A stretch of 64,000 bases of DNA from Perkinsela sp. CCAP 1560/9 (taxonomy: Eukaryota > Protista > Euglenozoa: Kinetoplastea). Position numbers and translations under genes: made by a program. Under the pieces are notes generated by a model that saw only the letters and a program-made list of their open reading frames with translations, made no database searches and was not told the origin of the DNA. The stretch covers positions 682,001 through 746,000 of the forward strand of contig CBFFSA010000008.1 of the NCBI GenBank assembly GCA_965644495.1, given 5' to 3'. Of this stretch, positions 30,601 to 42,004 are shown piece after piece (within the stretch, counting starts at the first letter, position 1; each line of letters begins with the position of its first letter).

Positions 30601-32770
30601 GTATTGGTAACAAATCCACTGATGAATCATCTTTGGCTTTTTCTGGAAAGTTCATCTGATGATTCTCCAGAAACGCATCCCTTTGCACAGTAGTATCGAT
30701 CGCTGGCGGCGCTTGATGCCACGCTAGTTTATAGATCCGTACGTCCTCTTGTGGAGGTAAAACCCCGGAAAATTGTTCCCCAACTTTGTGACCAACAACG
30801 CCCCGATACGAGATAGATAACTTACCAAATCCTCCACGCTTACTATGTGTTCGAGTGACTTTGCCTATTGAGATGTTAAGCGCACCTTGTTTGTTAAATG
30901 TCCAGGCCACTGTACACATTGCGCCCGGTTTGATTTGCTTCGAATGCGTCCAAATCTCATCCGGCGAGGCCGGAAATTGTGACTCGGGCGTTACATTCTT
31001 CATCAGGTCAAAGGATTTGTTCTCCTCTGTGCTTGGGTCGATTCCGATAAACATGATCGCTGAATTTTTCTCGTTCTGTGACTTCGTTGCATTTGGCTCC
31101 CGCTCGGGTAATTCCGCATCGATTTTGGGACTTGATGGAGACCCCAACTGAGAGAGAAGCTGATCACGTTGGTTCGTTTTTTTCATGGGAGTTTCGGGAG
31201 TGTTGCACTCAAAAAACTGACGTGGCTCATCTGACGGGGAAGACGGCTCTTCAGAAAAAACATCAAAATTGTGAACGTCGTGCACGTAACCATTACCGAT
31301 CCATCTGTATCCTTCAAATCGAGGGTCTTTGGGATCTGGATGCATCTCGATGTTGGTTTCATTGGCGTCATTTGCTACCGTCGGCGGAGTATTCGTGTTC
31401 ACTTGAGAATTCCCGTGATGTGATTTATGACATGTAACCGCTGTTCCATTTGTCGATTCCGCTGTCACGTTCTGGATCCTTATCCGAGTTGAATCATCCT
31501 CGTTTCGCAGTTTCACTGGTGATGGACTGTGGCTGCGATTAGGAAGTTGAGGCAGCTGAATGCTTTGCTGACTGCTTGCAATCGATGTCAAAGTTGAGAC
31601 AGCTGCGCCGCACGTTTTCGCTGCCATGCCGCACGATTTCGTGATAATGGAACTCCATCCATTTACTTGATACAGAGTTTTGCTAATAGGAGAAGATTGG
31701 ACTATGCGCGGTGCTACCGAGGCGTTCTTTCGCTGAGCTTCTCGTTTTTCTTTCTGCATGCGTGTCCACAAATCGTTGAACGTTTGCCTCCGAAATCCAC
31801 GGCGAGGGCATCCGGACATTAACATAATCAAATCACGAATATGATAAAGTAAAGAAGTATCTAATTGAAAACATAGCTTATGTTGAACGTCTACTTCTCG
31901 TTATGCTATGGTTCCTCTTATGATGCTAGTAGATTTCTCCTATTTCTGAATAACGCGCGCTGTATAAATATTCAAAAAGGGGCCCTGGTACCACACAATT
32001 AAACTCAGAATGTTGAAGAAAAGGGAATACTTTGTGAAGGGGCTTAGCCCCCCACGCTCCGCAGCCGTGGCTGGGGGTTGGTGGGTGGGCTTCGAAAACG
32101 TGTAAATAAACTTTGAAGAATAGCCTTCACACAACACAAAATCAACAAACAGAGCAATATTTCTACCAGAAACAATACATACATATTATCAATAATTTCA
32201 CTTGAAATGTAATCATATAAAAGCTTAAAATACAGCGCGTACAATGCCCGCCGGCCACGTAAGTAAATAGCCCTCGCCTAAATTTCTTACCGTAAACTTT
32301 TAGAAATCCACGGCGAGGGCATCCGGACATTAACATAATCAAATCACGAATATGATAAAGTAAAGAAGTATCTAATTGAAAACATAGCTTATGTTGAACG
32401 TCTACTTCTCGTTATGCTATGGTTCCTCTTATGATGCTAGTAGATTTCTCCTATTTCTGAATAACGCGCGCTGTATAAATATTCAAAAAGGGGCCCTGGT
32501 ACCACACAATTAAACTCAGAATGTTGAAGAAAAGGGAATACTTTGTGAAGGGGCTTAGCCCCCCACGCTCCGCAGCCGCCAACCCGCTCACTCGTAATGA
32601 ATTCCTTGTCACTGGTAACTAAAATCACTACCTGTATGAAGAATGCTCGAAAATTGACCAGACTTTCGTAGCGTCTCCAAAACCTAAACGAAACTATTTT
32701 TTTTTTTTTTTTTTTATTATTATTATTATTCTATATAAACTAAATTTCATATAAATACGGTTGAATCGAA

Positions 32771-35443
32771 CTATCGTGCAAAATTCCTACTGACCGGGTC
32801 TGCCGGGTTGTCTTTCGTTGAGACGTAATCGGCCTTGATGCAGACGCCCCGGTCCTTCGCCCATTGCAAAACCTTACCGAGTTGGTTTGATATTCCTCCT
32901 GATTTTGAAATTTTTCTGTTTAGCGCTGCTTGGCACGAAGTGTTATCTACCCATAATTGCAAGCACGTGCCCCGGGTGAAATGTCTCTCCAACTTCTGGA
33001 GGGAAAGTCTAACGGCTGTCGCTTCTGCCCTATTTACTTCGTATTGCCAAGAGGATTTCCATTGCCCCCCCACGATGATCACTTCGCCTGAATCGAGGTA
33101 GAGGATGCCTCCCCATCCTTTCGCTGAGGCGTCTGTATACAAATTATGCTCCCGGGGAGCTATTTCAGGATGCGGGAGAGGTTCAACCGGTATGTTCCTA
33201 ACAAGTTCATTTCGCCACTGCCGTAGCATATCTCGTATTTTGTTCGGTAGATCCACTACCTCTTCGGCCATCTCCGGCATGCGGTTTAACAAGTTTATGC
33301 GGCGTTGACATATTTTAAGGGCGAAATAGTATTTTGGAATAATAATTCCCACTACTGAGGAGCAGTACAGGAGGCGCCCCACCGTCGCCTCGAGCTCCAG
33401 AAATGTAGTACGTGTAAATTGATCCTTCTCCAATTTTGCGACAACTTTGGGTCCCAGGTTGACCTTGTGTACGCGATGGTCGTACCTAACACCGTTAAAT
33501 ACGTACTCCTTCATGGGAAGGAGTCCCGAGTCTTTAAAGCGCGCTCCTGTCTCTTGCGCGCGGTCATCAACCCATTTCTTGTACTGACAGGCCTGCTGAT
33601 CTGTACCAGCAAACCGTACACCGTCCACGTAGATATCTAATGCGCCTTGTGAAAAGGTTGATTTACAGTATCCCTTCATACCGGCGATCGTAGCCGTGAC
33701 TGTGTGCATCAATTCCGGGGCGCACCGATGCCCCATCGGCAAAACGCGCATTTCATACAACACCCCCGTGTCTGAATAAAACCGAAATTTTTGACGACAT
33801 TCCTGCGGAATCGAGATTTGATAAAAACCACATACTAGGTCCCTCTTCAGACCTGACTGCGCCTTAACTCTATGCAAATATTTAGATGGATGTAGTAGGG
33901 GTACCTGAGGAACGTATTCACTCAGCCGAGCGTTGTCAGAACGCGTCCAAGAAATAAATCGTCGACGTTGCTTGCCCTCATCGTCCGTTTCAATTACCGT
34001 GAAAGGAACCAGAAATTGCATTGAGGGACGTTTGTTTTCTTCCTTTTCGGATACCGCAGAAATAATACCATGCTTAAGTAAGAGCTCGTGATCTGTATGG
34101 CTCAAACTTCCTTTCATACGAGGAGATGTTTCAGGGCAAGATGGCATGCGTAATAATTCTTTCCAAACCTGTTCGAATCTTGAGGCGGTAGCTGTAGACA
34201 TCCAGCTTCGAATTTTATTCATGTCAATAGTTGGAACTCCCGGCTTGACGTGTAACGGAATATGAAAGTCCTTCGGCTTTGCTAACTTAGAACTCCGGCG
34301 TGCACAAACTAATGTATGTCGTTTTAAGTAAGGGACTTCTTTATAACACTCTTGCATTTCTACTGGAGAAAGGGTCCGGGCAATCGCGCTGACACTCGGT
34401 GCGTGCCCAGTGCTCTTGCTGTCGTCAACTGCTGAGCATTGTATCGGAGAAGACTCTCTAAGCTCAGATGCTTTGTGAGGATTTGCACCTCCGGCAAGTT
34501 GAGGTGGCCGTTGGCGACTTCCTGAAGTAGATACGTTACAGCCCCCCGTTTTATAGAGTGGGTGCCATACCCGTTTCCTAGCACCCTTCTTATTTCGTGG
34601 TCCATCTCTCGAACTGTGGTCCTGCACAGTTTTTGGTTTTTCGGAAGGCGTCTCAAGTAATTCGCTATTTGCTCTGTCCCCGGTCCTGATATTATGGCGT
34701 GCATGTATGGGCGGTATGGATTGAGACGTGTTGTCTTTGTGCTTCTTCCCCAATAAATCACGATTTCCTGCTCGGCAATGCTCAGAAATTGGTCGGCCTG
34801 TAGCTCGGCGACTTCCGTCCAGCGCGCTGCAGCCTTCCAGCAAATCAAGATTGCGATGGCCTGTGATGGCGTGACGCTTTTGTAAAGTTTCGTTAGCAGA
34901 TACTGTGTTAGAGGTTGCATCTGTCGATGAGGTTCGAGAGCTCCCTGCGCTTGCAGCGCCTTTGAGTATAATTTCAGAGGAATTGTGTTTTCGTTCATTA
35001 GAGTGTACATCGTATGCAACCCGCGGGCGTACGCTAATCTTGTCGACATTGCCAATTTTTGTGCATCGAGGAATAAAACGGCGTTGAGAGCGGAAGGCTG
35101 TATCATTTTTACTCGACAAAAGTCCTCCATTCGACTCCATATTGCCTCTCTCGACCTCCACGTAGTGTGAGCCCACATGGGACGAATTGCGTCTCGTAGC
35201 ACCGGAGCGTTCGCGTCCTCGGTCTGGATCCCTAACATTTTGTTTGTCAACATAACGCGTCTCACTCTTGCTGTCATCGGCAACTCGGCGCGGTTCGAAC
35301 TTCTCTTCACACATATATGATCCGTCAAGCTTGCGTTTTGACTTGTCTGTGTCACGAGTAACGGCCTCCTGGCCCTCTTCTGATTTCCGTCGGTGCTCAC
35401 ATATCGAGCACCGTTCCATACAAACTTTATGCGCGAAGCGCAC
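32771..35443 (-). CDS. YR2 RT-RNase H; N-part overlaps the YR ORF
   Basis: FTVIE..RRFI, RDLVCGFYQI, LPMGH, YVDG; RH motifs YTDAS, RAEA, VDN, NPADPVSR. Confidence 0.85.
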   Translation of the reverse strand: MRFAHKVCMERCSICEHRRKSEEGQEAVTRDTDKSKRKLDGSYMCEEKFEPRRVADDSKSETRYVDKQNVRDPDRGRERSGATRRNSSHVGSHYVEVERGNMESNGGLLSSKNDTAFRSQRRFIPRCTKIGNVDKISVRPRVAYDVHSNERKHNSSEIILKGAASAGSSRTSSTDATSNTVSANETLQKRHAITGHRNLDLLEGCSALDGSRRATGRPISEHCRAGNRDLLGKKHKDNTSQSIPPIHARHNIRTGDRANSELLETPSEKPKTVQDHSSRDGPRNKKGARKRVWHPLYKTGGCNVSTSGSRQRPPQLAGGANPHKASELRESSPIQCSAVDDSKSTGHAPSVSAIARTLSPVEMQECYKEVPYLKRHTLVCARRSSKLAKPKDFHIPLHVKPGVPTIDMNKIRSWMSTATASRFEQVWKELLRMPSCPETSPRMKGSLSHTDHELLLKHGIISAVSEKEENKRPSMQFLVPFTVIETDDEGKQRRRFISWTRSDNARLSEYVPQVPLLHPSKYLHRVKAQSGLKRDLVCGFYQISIPQECRQKFRFYSDTGVLYEMRVLPMGHRCAPELMHTVTATIAGMKGYCKSTFSQGALDIYVDGVRFAGTDQQACQYKKWVDDRAQETGARFKDSGLLPMKEYVFNGVRYDHRVHKVNLGPKVVAKLEKDQFTRTTFLELEATVGRLLYCSSVVGIIIPKYYFALKICQRRINLLNRMPEMAEEVVDLPNKIRDMLRQWRNELVRNIPVEPLPHPEIAPREHNLYTDASAKGWGGILYLDSGEVIIVGGQWKSSWQYEVNRAEATAVRLSLQKLERHFTRGTCLQLWVDNTSCQAALNRKISKSGGISNQLGKVLQWAKDRGVCIKADYVSTKDNPADPVSRNFAR

Positions 35444-35517
35444 AAGTATCCTGGCAATTTCGCTCGCTGCCTCTTCAAGGCTCGAGCACGAGTAGGAATT
35501 TTTGGGGTGGGGGACAA
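34360..35517 (-). CDS. YR2 tyrosine recombinase
   Basis: WKAAARWTEV, STKT, HSIKRGA, LTKH, LLRY. Confidence 0.85.
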   Translation of the reverse strand: MSPTPKIPTRARALKRQRAKLPGYLCASRIKFVWNGARYVSTDGNQKRARRPLLVTQTSQNASLTDHICVKRSSNRAELPMTARVRRVMLTNKMLGIQTEDANAPVLRDAIRPMWAHTTWRSREAIWSRMEDFCRVKMIQPSALNAVLFLDAQKLAMSTRLAYARGLHTMYTLMNENTIPLKLYSKALQAQGALEPHRQMQPLTQYLLTKLYKSVTPSQAIAILICWKAAARWTEVAELQADQFLSIAEQEIVIYWGRSTKTTRLNPYRPYMHAIISGPGTEQIANYLRRLPKNQKLCRTTVREMDHEIRRVLGNGYGTHSIKRGAVTYLLQEVANGHLNLPEVQILTKHLSLESLLRYNAQQLTTARALGTHRVSARLPGPFLQ

Positions 35518-35520
35518 TCC

Positions 35521-36564
35521 CTATTGGATCGTCCGTCTTTCGCCGCGACGGAACGTTGTCTGCGTCTGTGCAGCGCCACTCGCCACCCCCCGGGAGAAAA
35601 CCGGTTGACGTAGCTGGGGACAGTTCGCTCGTATATGCCCAGGAGCACGACAGTTATAGCACAGTTGCTGCTGCCCTTGGCGACGATTTATACGTGTTTG
35701 CTTCAATTGCTCTTCGAGCATCGTTTTACCATAAACGTCTTCGGGGGTAGAGACCTGGTGGAGTCTTTGCTGTACGCGCTCTACCGGCGCACCCGCAGCA
35801 GCCCAGTAATGATTACGGAGTTCTTCAATCAAGCCAGTTGCAATTTCATAAAAATATCCTGTTGACCAGTCTTGCAGCTGACGAGCTGCGTAGATCCACT
35901 TTGTCAGAAGTTGGAACAGTCGTTCTCGCGCAGGCGGGGGATTAAAACGAACTCCTAACTCCGGGGTGTCCCGTAACTCGCGGATCAACTCACGCGGTTT
36001 AAACTCATCTTCTGACTCCACCCAAGGGCCCCACGTCTTCGGAATCACCGGGGAAAAATCCTTGGGGTCCGACACCGGTACGCGCGCGATGGAAGTTACA
36101 GGGTTTTCCACATGCTCCCCCCCGGGCATCCTGGCCTGGACCTTCGCAAGTTCGATGGAGAAATAGTGTATGTCAGGAAACGGAAACCCGTACTCAACAT
36201 CAGGCTCGTCGTCCCACCGGGCCTTCAACTCACTCCCCACCGGGTCTTCGGGATTGAGAAAATAAACTCGTCCCGTGACAGTGTGGCGCGCGTTGTCGTC
36301 CTTGTGTCCCCAAATAGCGCGAATCCATACGCGGTGGCCCCGGGTAAGTAAAAAACGGACTTTTTGCGAAAAATCGGACTTTGCGGAATCACTAAGCGGG
36401 GTCGCTATATCCTCTCCTTGCAATATACCCTCAACCTGGTCAGGGTTGAGAGTATGACGGGTCGCCCGAGGAGAACTGCGAGGAGACTCAGGAGGTACCG
36501 GATCAGGGCTGCGTGCACGTCCGAGTGATATCGCTCTAGAAACCGCGCTCACAATGCGTGACAT
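35521..36564 (-). CDS. YR2 gag-like protein with Tudor/SH3-like module and CCHC zinc knuckle
   Basis: ATG just after A1 (MSRIVS); CYNCRAPGHIRANC. Confidence 0.85.
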   Translation of the reverse strand: MSRIVSAVSRAISLGRARSPDPVPPESPRSSPRATRHTLNPDQVEGILQGEDIATPLSDSAKSDFSQKVRFLLTRGHRVWIRAIWGHKDDNARHTVTGRVYFLNPEDPVGSELKARWDDEPDVEYGFPFPDIHYFSIELAKVQARMPGGEHVENPVTSIARVPVSDPKDFSPVIPKTWGPWVESEDEFKPRELIRELRDTPELGVRFNPPPARERLFQLLTKWIYAARQLQDWSTGYFYEIATGLIEELRNHYWAAAGAPVERVQQRLHQVSTPEDVYGKTMLEEQLKQTRINRRQGQQQLCYNCRAPGHIRANCPQLRQPVFSRGVASGAAQTQTTFRRGERRTIQ

Positions 36565-37619
36565 TCTTCGAAAACGTGTAAATAAACTTTGAAGAATAGC
36601 CTTCACACAACACAAAATCAACAAACAGAGCAATATTTCTACCAGAAACAATACATACATATTATCAATAATTTCACTTGAAATGTAATCATATAAAAGC
36701 TTAAAATACAGCGCGTACAATGCCCGCCGGCCACGTAAGTAAATAGCCCTCGCCTAAATTTCTTACCGTAAACTTTTAGAATGTTTGACTTTGAAATTGT
36801 AATTTTCATGGTTTTCTGAGACCTGATGTTTGGTGATTCTGATGCGACGTTTGGCGTAACGTTTGTCGACGAGAGCGATGGTGGAAATTCTGAATCTTTT
36901 CGTGAAACCGCAACTGGTATTGTTCTTTGTGGCGTGACCATCTCGTGAGCCTTGCGGTGCGAGAATCCTTTAGGCGGTTGAGGCGTCTCCGTTGAAGCAC
37001 CTTGTGGGGGAGAGGGGCTCAGTCGGATTAGCTGTGGTGAGGCGAGCGGGGGTGGCATAGGGCGCGGTAGAGCTGAGGGGGCGGAGGAGTTCAGAAGCGG
37101 CGGAGAATGGAGCGGTCGACGATTACGTGCGGCTCTCGTTGGAAACCGTGAAGGGAAGTGCGCCGCAAGGGTATCATAGAAGGAGGGTTTCTTTGCCATA
37201 ATTTTGTCAGGTTGACTTGGTGGTGAGCTCGGCTGCGGTAGTGTTGTTGGCTGCGGTGGCGGTAATGGTGGCGGCTGTGGAAGCGTTCCCGGTGACAGCG
37301 GTGTCGTTGGCAATGGCGGTGGCTGTCGCATGGTTCGGGACGGCGATGGCGTCTTTGGTGATTCCATTCGTTCTAGTCGCATCTCTGTACTCGGATGTGT
37401 GGAATTCAAGGACGGGGACGGCGTCTGCGGGGGATGCGGGGGGGATTTCTGCGGGGGCGGCGCACCTAGCGGAGAGTTCGTGGTTAGTCCTGTTCTCTTT
37501 TTGCGCCGGGTGACAGGCAGAGGCAAAATCTCAGGAGCTACTCCCGATTCTTTCGCCTTGGAGCGGGTGACCACTCCCATAGAAATGTAGAAAGTAAGAG
37601 GTAATAATTCAACAAACTC

Positions 37620-39089
37620 TTTGCAATCTCGTCGCGTGAAGGGCTATTAAAAGCGTTCTTCATATCCAACGAGAGGATAGCACACCCTTCCATATATCGT
37701 CGATTGAGTTCGTGAACAATAGTCTCGCAGCCAGCGCTTTTGTTATATTATTATTATTAGCCAGCGCGACTCATTACCCCATGCTGCATCGGCAGGAAAA
37801 GCTTTTCAAATTTATGTTCGTTACGCAGAAGAAGGATTAGTCCAGCCAACTTGAGAAAAATTTCTCCCATTGCCACCGGTCGAACGGCTTGAGCTGTTTT
37901 AGGGAGTGCAACTAAGCGTGCTCTCCGCAGTCTGCGCATTACATCCTTGGAGAGCATTCCGTTAATTAAATCGCACATCATGTGGCTTAGACTCGTGCAA
38001 CAGATCTCATCGTCCAAGAGCAGACGAATGATGGCCTCTGTGGTACCGGATGGACCTGGGGCGGCGCCTTTTGCGAGTCTCTTTCCTGCTTCTCGGAGTT
38101 CATGGGGCGGGATACATGCTACCTTCGGGGCGTCGGTGGGAAGCTCAAAAGAAATCGGTAAAGATGGGTGTAGTTTTTGTAATTGAGACAATTTTTCTTC
38201 GTCCCCTAATGATGTTTCGGTGATGTCTTGATCTAACACGCGCGTCGCTTTCTTAATCGCTCCTTCCAAAACCAGTCGTGTCGCTTTTTTGACTGCTCTC
38301 AGATCTTTAGCCTTTTGCTCCACTTCACTGTTTCCTGCGTTCGTCTCCTGAGTTTGAATTGGGCGGCGACGACGCTTTTTTCCAATGAGATGGCGCACTG
38401 TAGCTAACGAATGTTTCATTGCCGACATGGTTCTGTGCCAGATTTGATTTCGTTGGTCGTAAGAAGAATCTGCGTAATCCCGCATTATGTCACGATAGAT
38501 AGAGACAACACAGGGCACAAACTCTGAACTGACAGTCCGCATGGTTGGCATTGGATCGAAATCCAAGTCTGCTTCCGTATGAGAAAATCCTTGATTACTG
38601 GGAATTCCTTTAGCGTCCACATCAATTCTGCTTTTTGAATCCTTTCGATGTAGCCATTGTATTGAATAAACTCTCACATTAGAATTGGGAGGAATGAACC
38701 CACGAAATTGCTCGCCGCATTTGTACCCTTCTATACCTTCATACTGGAGAGACATCCGTCCGATTCCGGCACGCTTCTTAACCGACTTAACCACCCCTTT
38801 CGATATATTCAGCTGCGAGGAATCGCTGAAGCACCATGCCATCAAGCACGAGTCCCCTTGTTTCGCCGTTTTTGATGAATCCCAGATGGTATCCGGTGCC
38901 AGTGGAAACTGCTCCGTTGGGTTTATCGACTTATTCAACTTCTCTATCATCTCGGCCTCCTTGGCAACTTCTATGACAGACTCTGTTTCAGCAGGAAGTT
39001 CAAAGTTCGGCATCGTGATATTGTTTTCGTCAACTACCTCGTGCAGTGTCGTAGACCCGTCAACCCTTCCCGTGCTCAATAGGGTGTCC
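37620..39089 (-). pseudogene. Duplicate of 17591-19030 carrying a 21-bp insertion
   Basis: Same protein; insertion at 37738-37758. Confidence 0.85.
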
Positions 39090-41056
39090 TCAGGAGTTAA
39101 ACAGTCGGCGTATGTCTGACATTCGACATCTGCGTCTTCCGTTTGCTTTCCGGATAGTCGCTAACGAGTATTTCATTGCAGACAAGGTCCGGTGCCATAT
39201 GCGATTGCGCTGGGGGTATTGACATTCCGCGTAGTCACGTACAATATCACGATAGATGGCAATCACACTCGGTATGAATTCATAACACTCCACAAAGAGC
39301 GGCCATTGCACGGGCACTGCAGCAAAACAGCGCTTTCAAACCATTCATGCGGATGTTCTACTGCGAATACGGCGACCCCTCGGACTTGCTTTTCTTTGCG
39401 AACAACCGCCTCCACACTACGATAAAGAGCACGTCCGGGGTACGGCAAGGCTCTGCGCTTTCCTCTCTTTACTTTTGTGCACTACTACAAGGAGCGTTGG
39501 TGGAAGTCGCCGAGTTATTCCCCGAGGTTAAAATCCGCGCCTATATGGATGATGTGACGATGTCGTCGAAAAACCGTCTTTCCCTAGAAGCAGCCTTCCT
39601 GCAGCTGCGTGAATTATCATCCGACATTGGCATCAATATCAACTTCTCGAAATCAGAATGGTTTGATCACGAAGCTACTAAGCAAAACAACGAACAATCA
39701 TTGGCTCTCAGTTCTTTAGGGGTATCCAAGTGTGACAAAACTATCAAAATTCTCGGCGCCTACATTGGGCAACGTGCAGAGATAAGTGCTCTTCTCGTCC
39801 GAAAACTTGAGAAACATCAATGTTTATTCCGCAGGCTACGAAAAATGGGTCCTAGCAACATCTCCCTCGCCATGCTGCAACGATGTGCACTCCCGCGAAA
39901 CGATTATCACCTTCGAGTTCACCGACCGGCAGAATCCCTGGATATGGCACAAAGATTTGACACAGAAATTGCTGATATTGTAAAATATTGGTTCTTCGCA
40001 GATGACACTTCCATTCAACTAGCGTCACTACCGCAACACTTGGGTGGCCTTGGGCTAACTCCTTCTACTCTGAAGCAGCGATACTATTTTGACACCGCAC
40101 GAAAATCTATTGATGAGCAACTAATTACCCCTAAAGCTCCGGTAGGTATTCGCATGTCGAAAGATCAAAACAGAGACACGAAACCCATGCAGCAAACAGC
40201 TCGAATACATGCATCCAAAGCCATAAAAAAAGAACAAAAAGATCTAGCAACAGACCTACGCAAAGACCCACGATTGGACTCCATTCTGAAGCGAACCACG
40301 ACGTCATTTCGCCACCTACAATCCACTAGCGGATATGTGAATCCCTACCTTTTCCGATATACCATTATGACCAGGTTGGGAATCAAGCTTCCTTCGATGC
40401 CGGAAAGAGCCGAGTGCCCGGGTTGTGCTGCTGAGATGAGATCGGACGAAATCTTCCAACATATAATCGGATGCACAAAATGCGCAGGAATGAACGCAAC
40501 AAGAAAGCATTCATCTCTTGTACGGTTCCTAGCAGATCTGTGCTCTAAAGCGGGCCTCCCCTCTGTGATTGAACCGCGCATGCATGCTTCCTTTTACTGC
40601 ACAAAATGCAAAGCGCACATTTCTCCAGAATCGATTGAGAAGCACCCTTGCCGTGCCCGAAGAATACGCTCTGGCCCCGACCTCGGTATTATGTGGCCAC
40701 ACATGGGTGAAGTACTGTATGACATCACCGTAGTTCACACCGGAAGCTTAAGCTATCGGAAGATGACTGAAACACAGCTGTTGCAAAATGCGATTGAGAG
40801 GAAAAGGAAAAAGTACGTTGAATCCGGCGGGATCGAAGAAGATTACTTTAAGTGCATTGCAATGACCGAAAGTGGTTCTTTGCACGAACACACACGGAAT
40901 CTCATAGCCTCCCTCGCTAAGAGAGCGAACCTTAACGTTCCTGAAGTTCGTGAGGCATTTCAGCTTGAGATTGAAAAACTCAACGCTTATACAATTGTCT
41001 CACAGCTCCGTGACCTCCTACCGCGAGCTTCATGGCTCGGTTCCATGAAAGCTTGA
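39090..41056 (+). mobile_element. 5'-truncated, 5'-inverted lineage A element A5 (RT C-half and RLE, ORF 39347..41056)
   Basis: GVRQGSALS, AYMDD, LGGLGL, CPGC..HIIGC..KH, RSGPDL, YDITV. Bases 39090-39280 are a minus-strand N-terminal fragment. Confidence 0.85.
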
Positions 41057-41223
41057 AAAGGACGATAGGACACAAGTTTGCGTGATAATCTTTTTTTGTT
41101 GGTGTTTCAGAAATGCGAAATATGAGTTTACGATATGAAATTTAGGATACTATAACTAATTTTTTCGCCATAGGAAAAAGCTAGTAAACTGTAACTTTCC
41201 TAAAACCGGATGGATTAGATGAT

Positions 41224-41349
41224 CTTTGTTTTTATTAAGACCTTTGTTTTTATTAAGACCTGTGTTTTATTAAGAAAAAAAAAATAACAATAACAATATT
41301 CATTAAGACCAAGACAACGTTTTTTATTAAGACAACGTTTTTTATTAAG
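41224..41349. repeat. Short 19-bp tandem repeats containing TTATTAAGAC
   Basis: CTTTGTTTTTATTAAGAC ~3 copies; AAGACAACGTTTTTTATT 2 copies. Confidence 0.7.
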
Positions 41350-41351
41350 TG

Positions 41352-41800
41352 ATACCGTTCGGAGTGTGGGCATAGGTTCCAGATCTAGGTCATCCTCAGT
41401 GTGTTGGAAAGTCGGGCGACAGTTTAAAAGGCGTTGCAGGACGCCATCGCTCGGAAGCATGCGAAATATGTAAAATCAACTATGTTGCGAAATGATCAAT
41501 TTCAATGCCTCCCTATATTGTCCTGCGGGGCTCTCCACAATAACACAAAATCTCTACTACAGCTCCTGGCGGAAAAGGTCTACCGCGAACCCAAGGCGAT
41601 TCTGAATGATTTTGTGCTTCTTCAACAGGAATTGAATGGAGCGATAGTCCAGGCGCAATTGCGTAGCTACTTACCGGATCCGAAAGATGAGTATGCTTAT
41701 TAGAGTCGAGTCCGAGCCTGGACTTATTTGGTGGATAAGGTAGTAATAGGAAGAAGTGGAAAAGGTAGGAGGATAAATTAGGAATACGAAAAAAAAAAGC
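41352..41800 (+). pseudogene. Short lineage A 3' fragment with inverted N-terminal piece and A-rich tail
   Basis: Minus-strand HTEDDLDLEPMPTLRTVS, then plus-strand DAIARKH..CLPILSCGALH..QELNG. Confidence 0.75.
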
Positions 41801-42004
41801 TTAAGGATCTACACCCGGAGGGATAACGTCAAAAAAAAAAAGCTATCGGAATTCTACAGAAAAATGCCTGCGAATCAATTGTCCCTGCCAACCACAAAAA
41901 AAAAATTGTTAATGAATGAACACTATTGTGGTATTCTTGATTTATCGTGTATTCAAAATTCACCGTTAAAGATTTCCTATTTTTTAAAAAAAAAAAAAAA
42001 AAAA

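Larger units (their letters stand above)
31792..36781 (-). mobile_element. YR retrotransposon YR2 (VIPER/TATE-like), apparently intact
   Basis: A1 36566-36781, B1 32303-32578, A2 32090-32305, spacer 32068-32089, B2 31792-32067. GAA occurs at both ends, at the internal junction and at the empty site (16750-16752). Confidence 0.92.
27781..37615 (-). mobile_element. Duplicate of A2 interrupted by YR2 (coding pieces 27953-31794 and 36779-37580)
   Basis: Near-identical to 12737-17586 on both sides of the insertion. Confidence 0.92.
9719..39502. repeat. Tandem segmental duplication: unit 1 ~9719-19443; unit 2 ~19454-39502, which contains two additional YR elements
   Basis: Near-identical ORF sets in the same order; both B copies share the QQGYP variant; junction at 19441-19456. 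Confidence 0.9.

Noticed and set aside
32068-32089. tRNA primer-binding site (TGG start)
   Set aside because: It lies antisense to the element transcript and at the 3' end.
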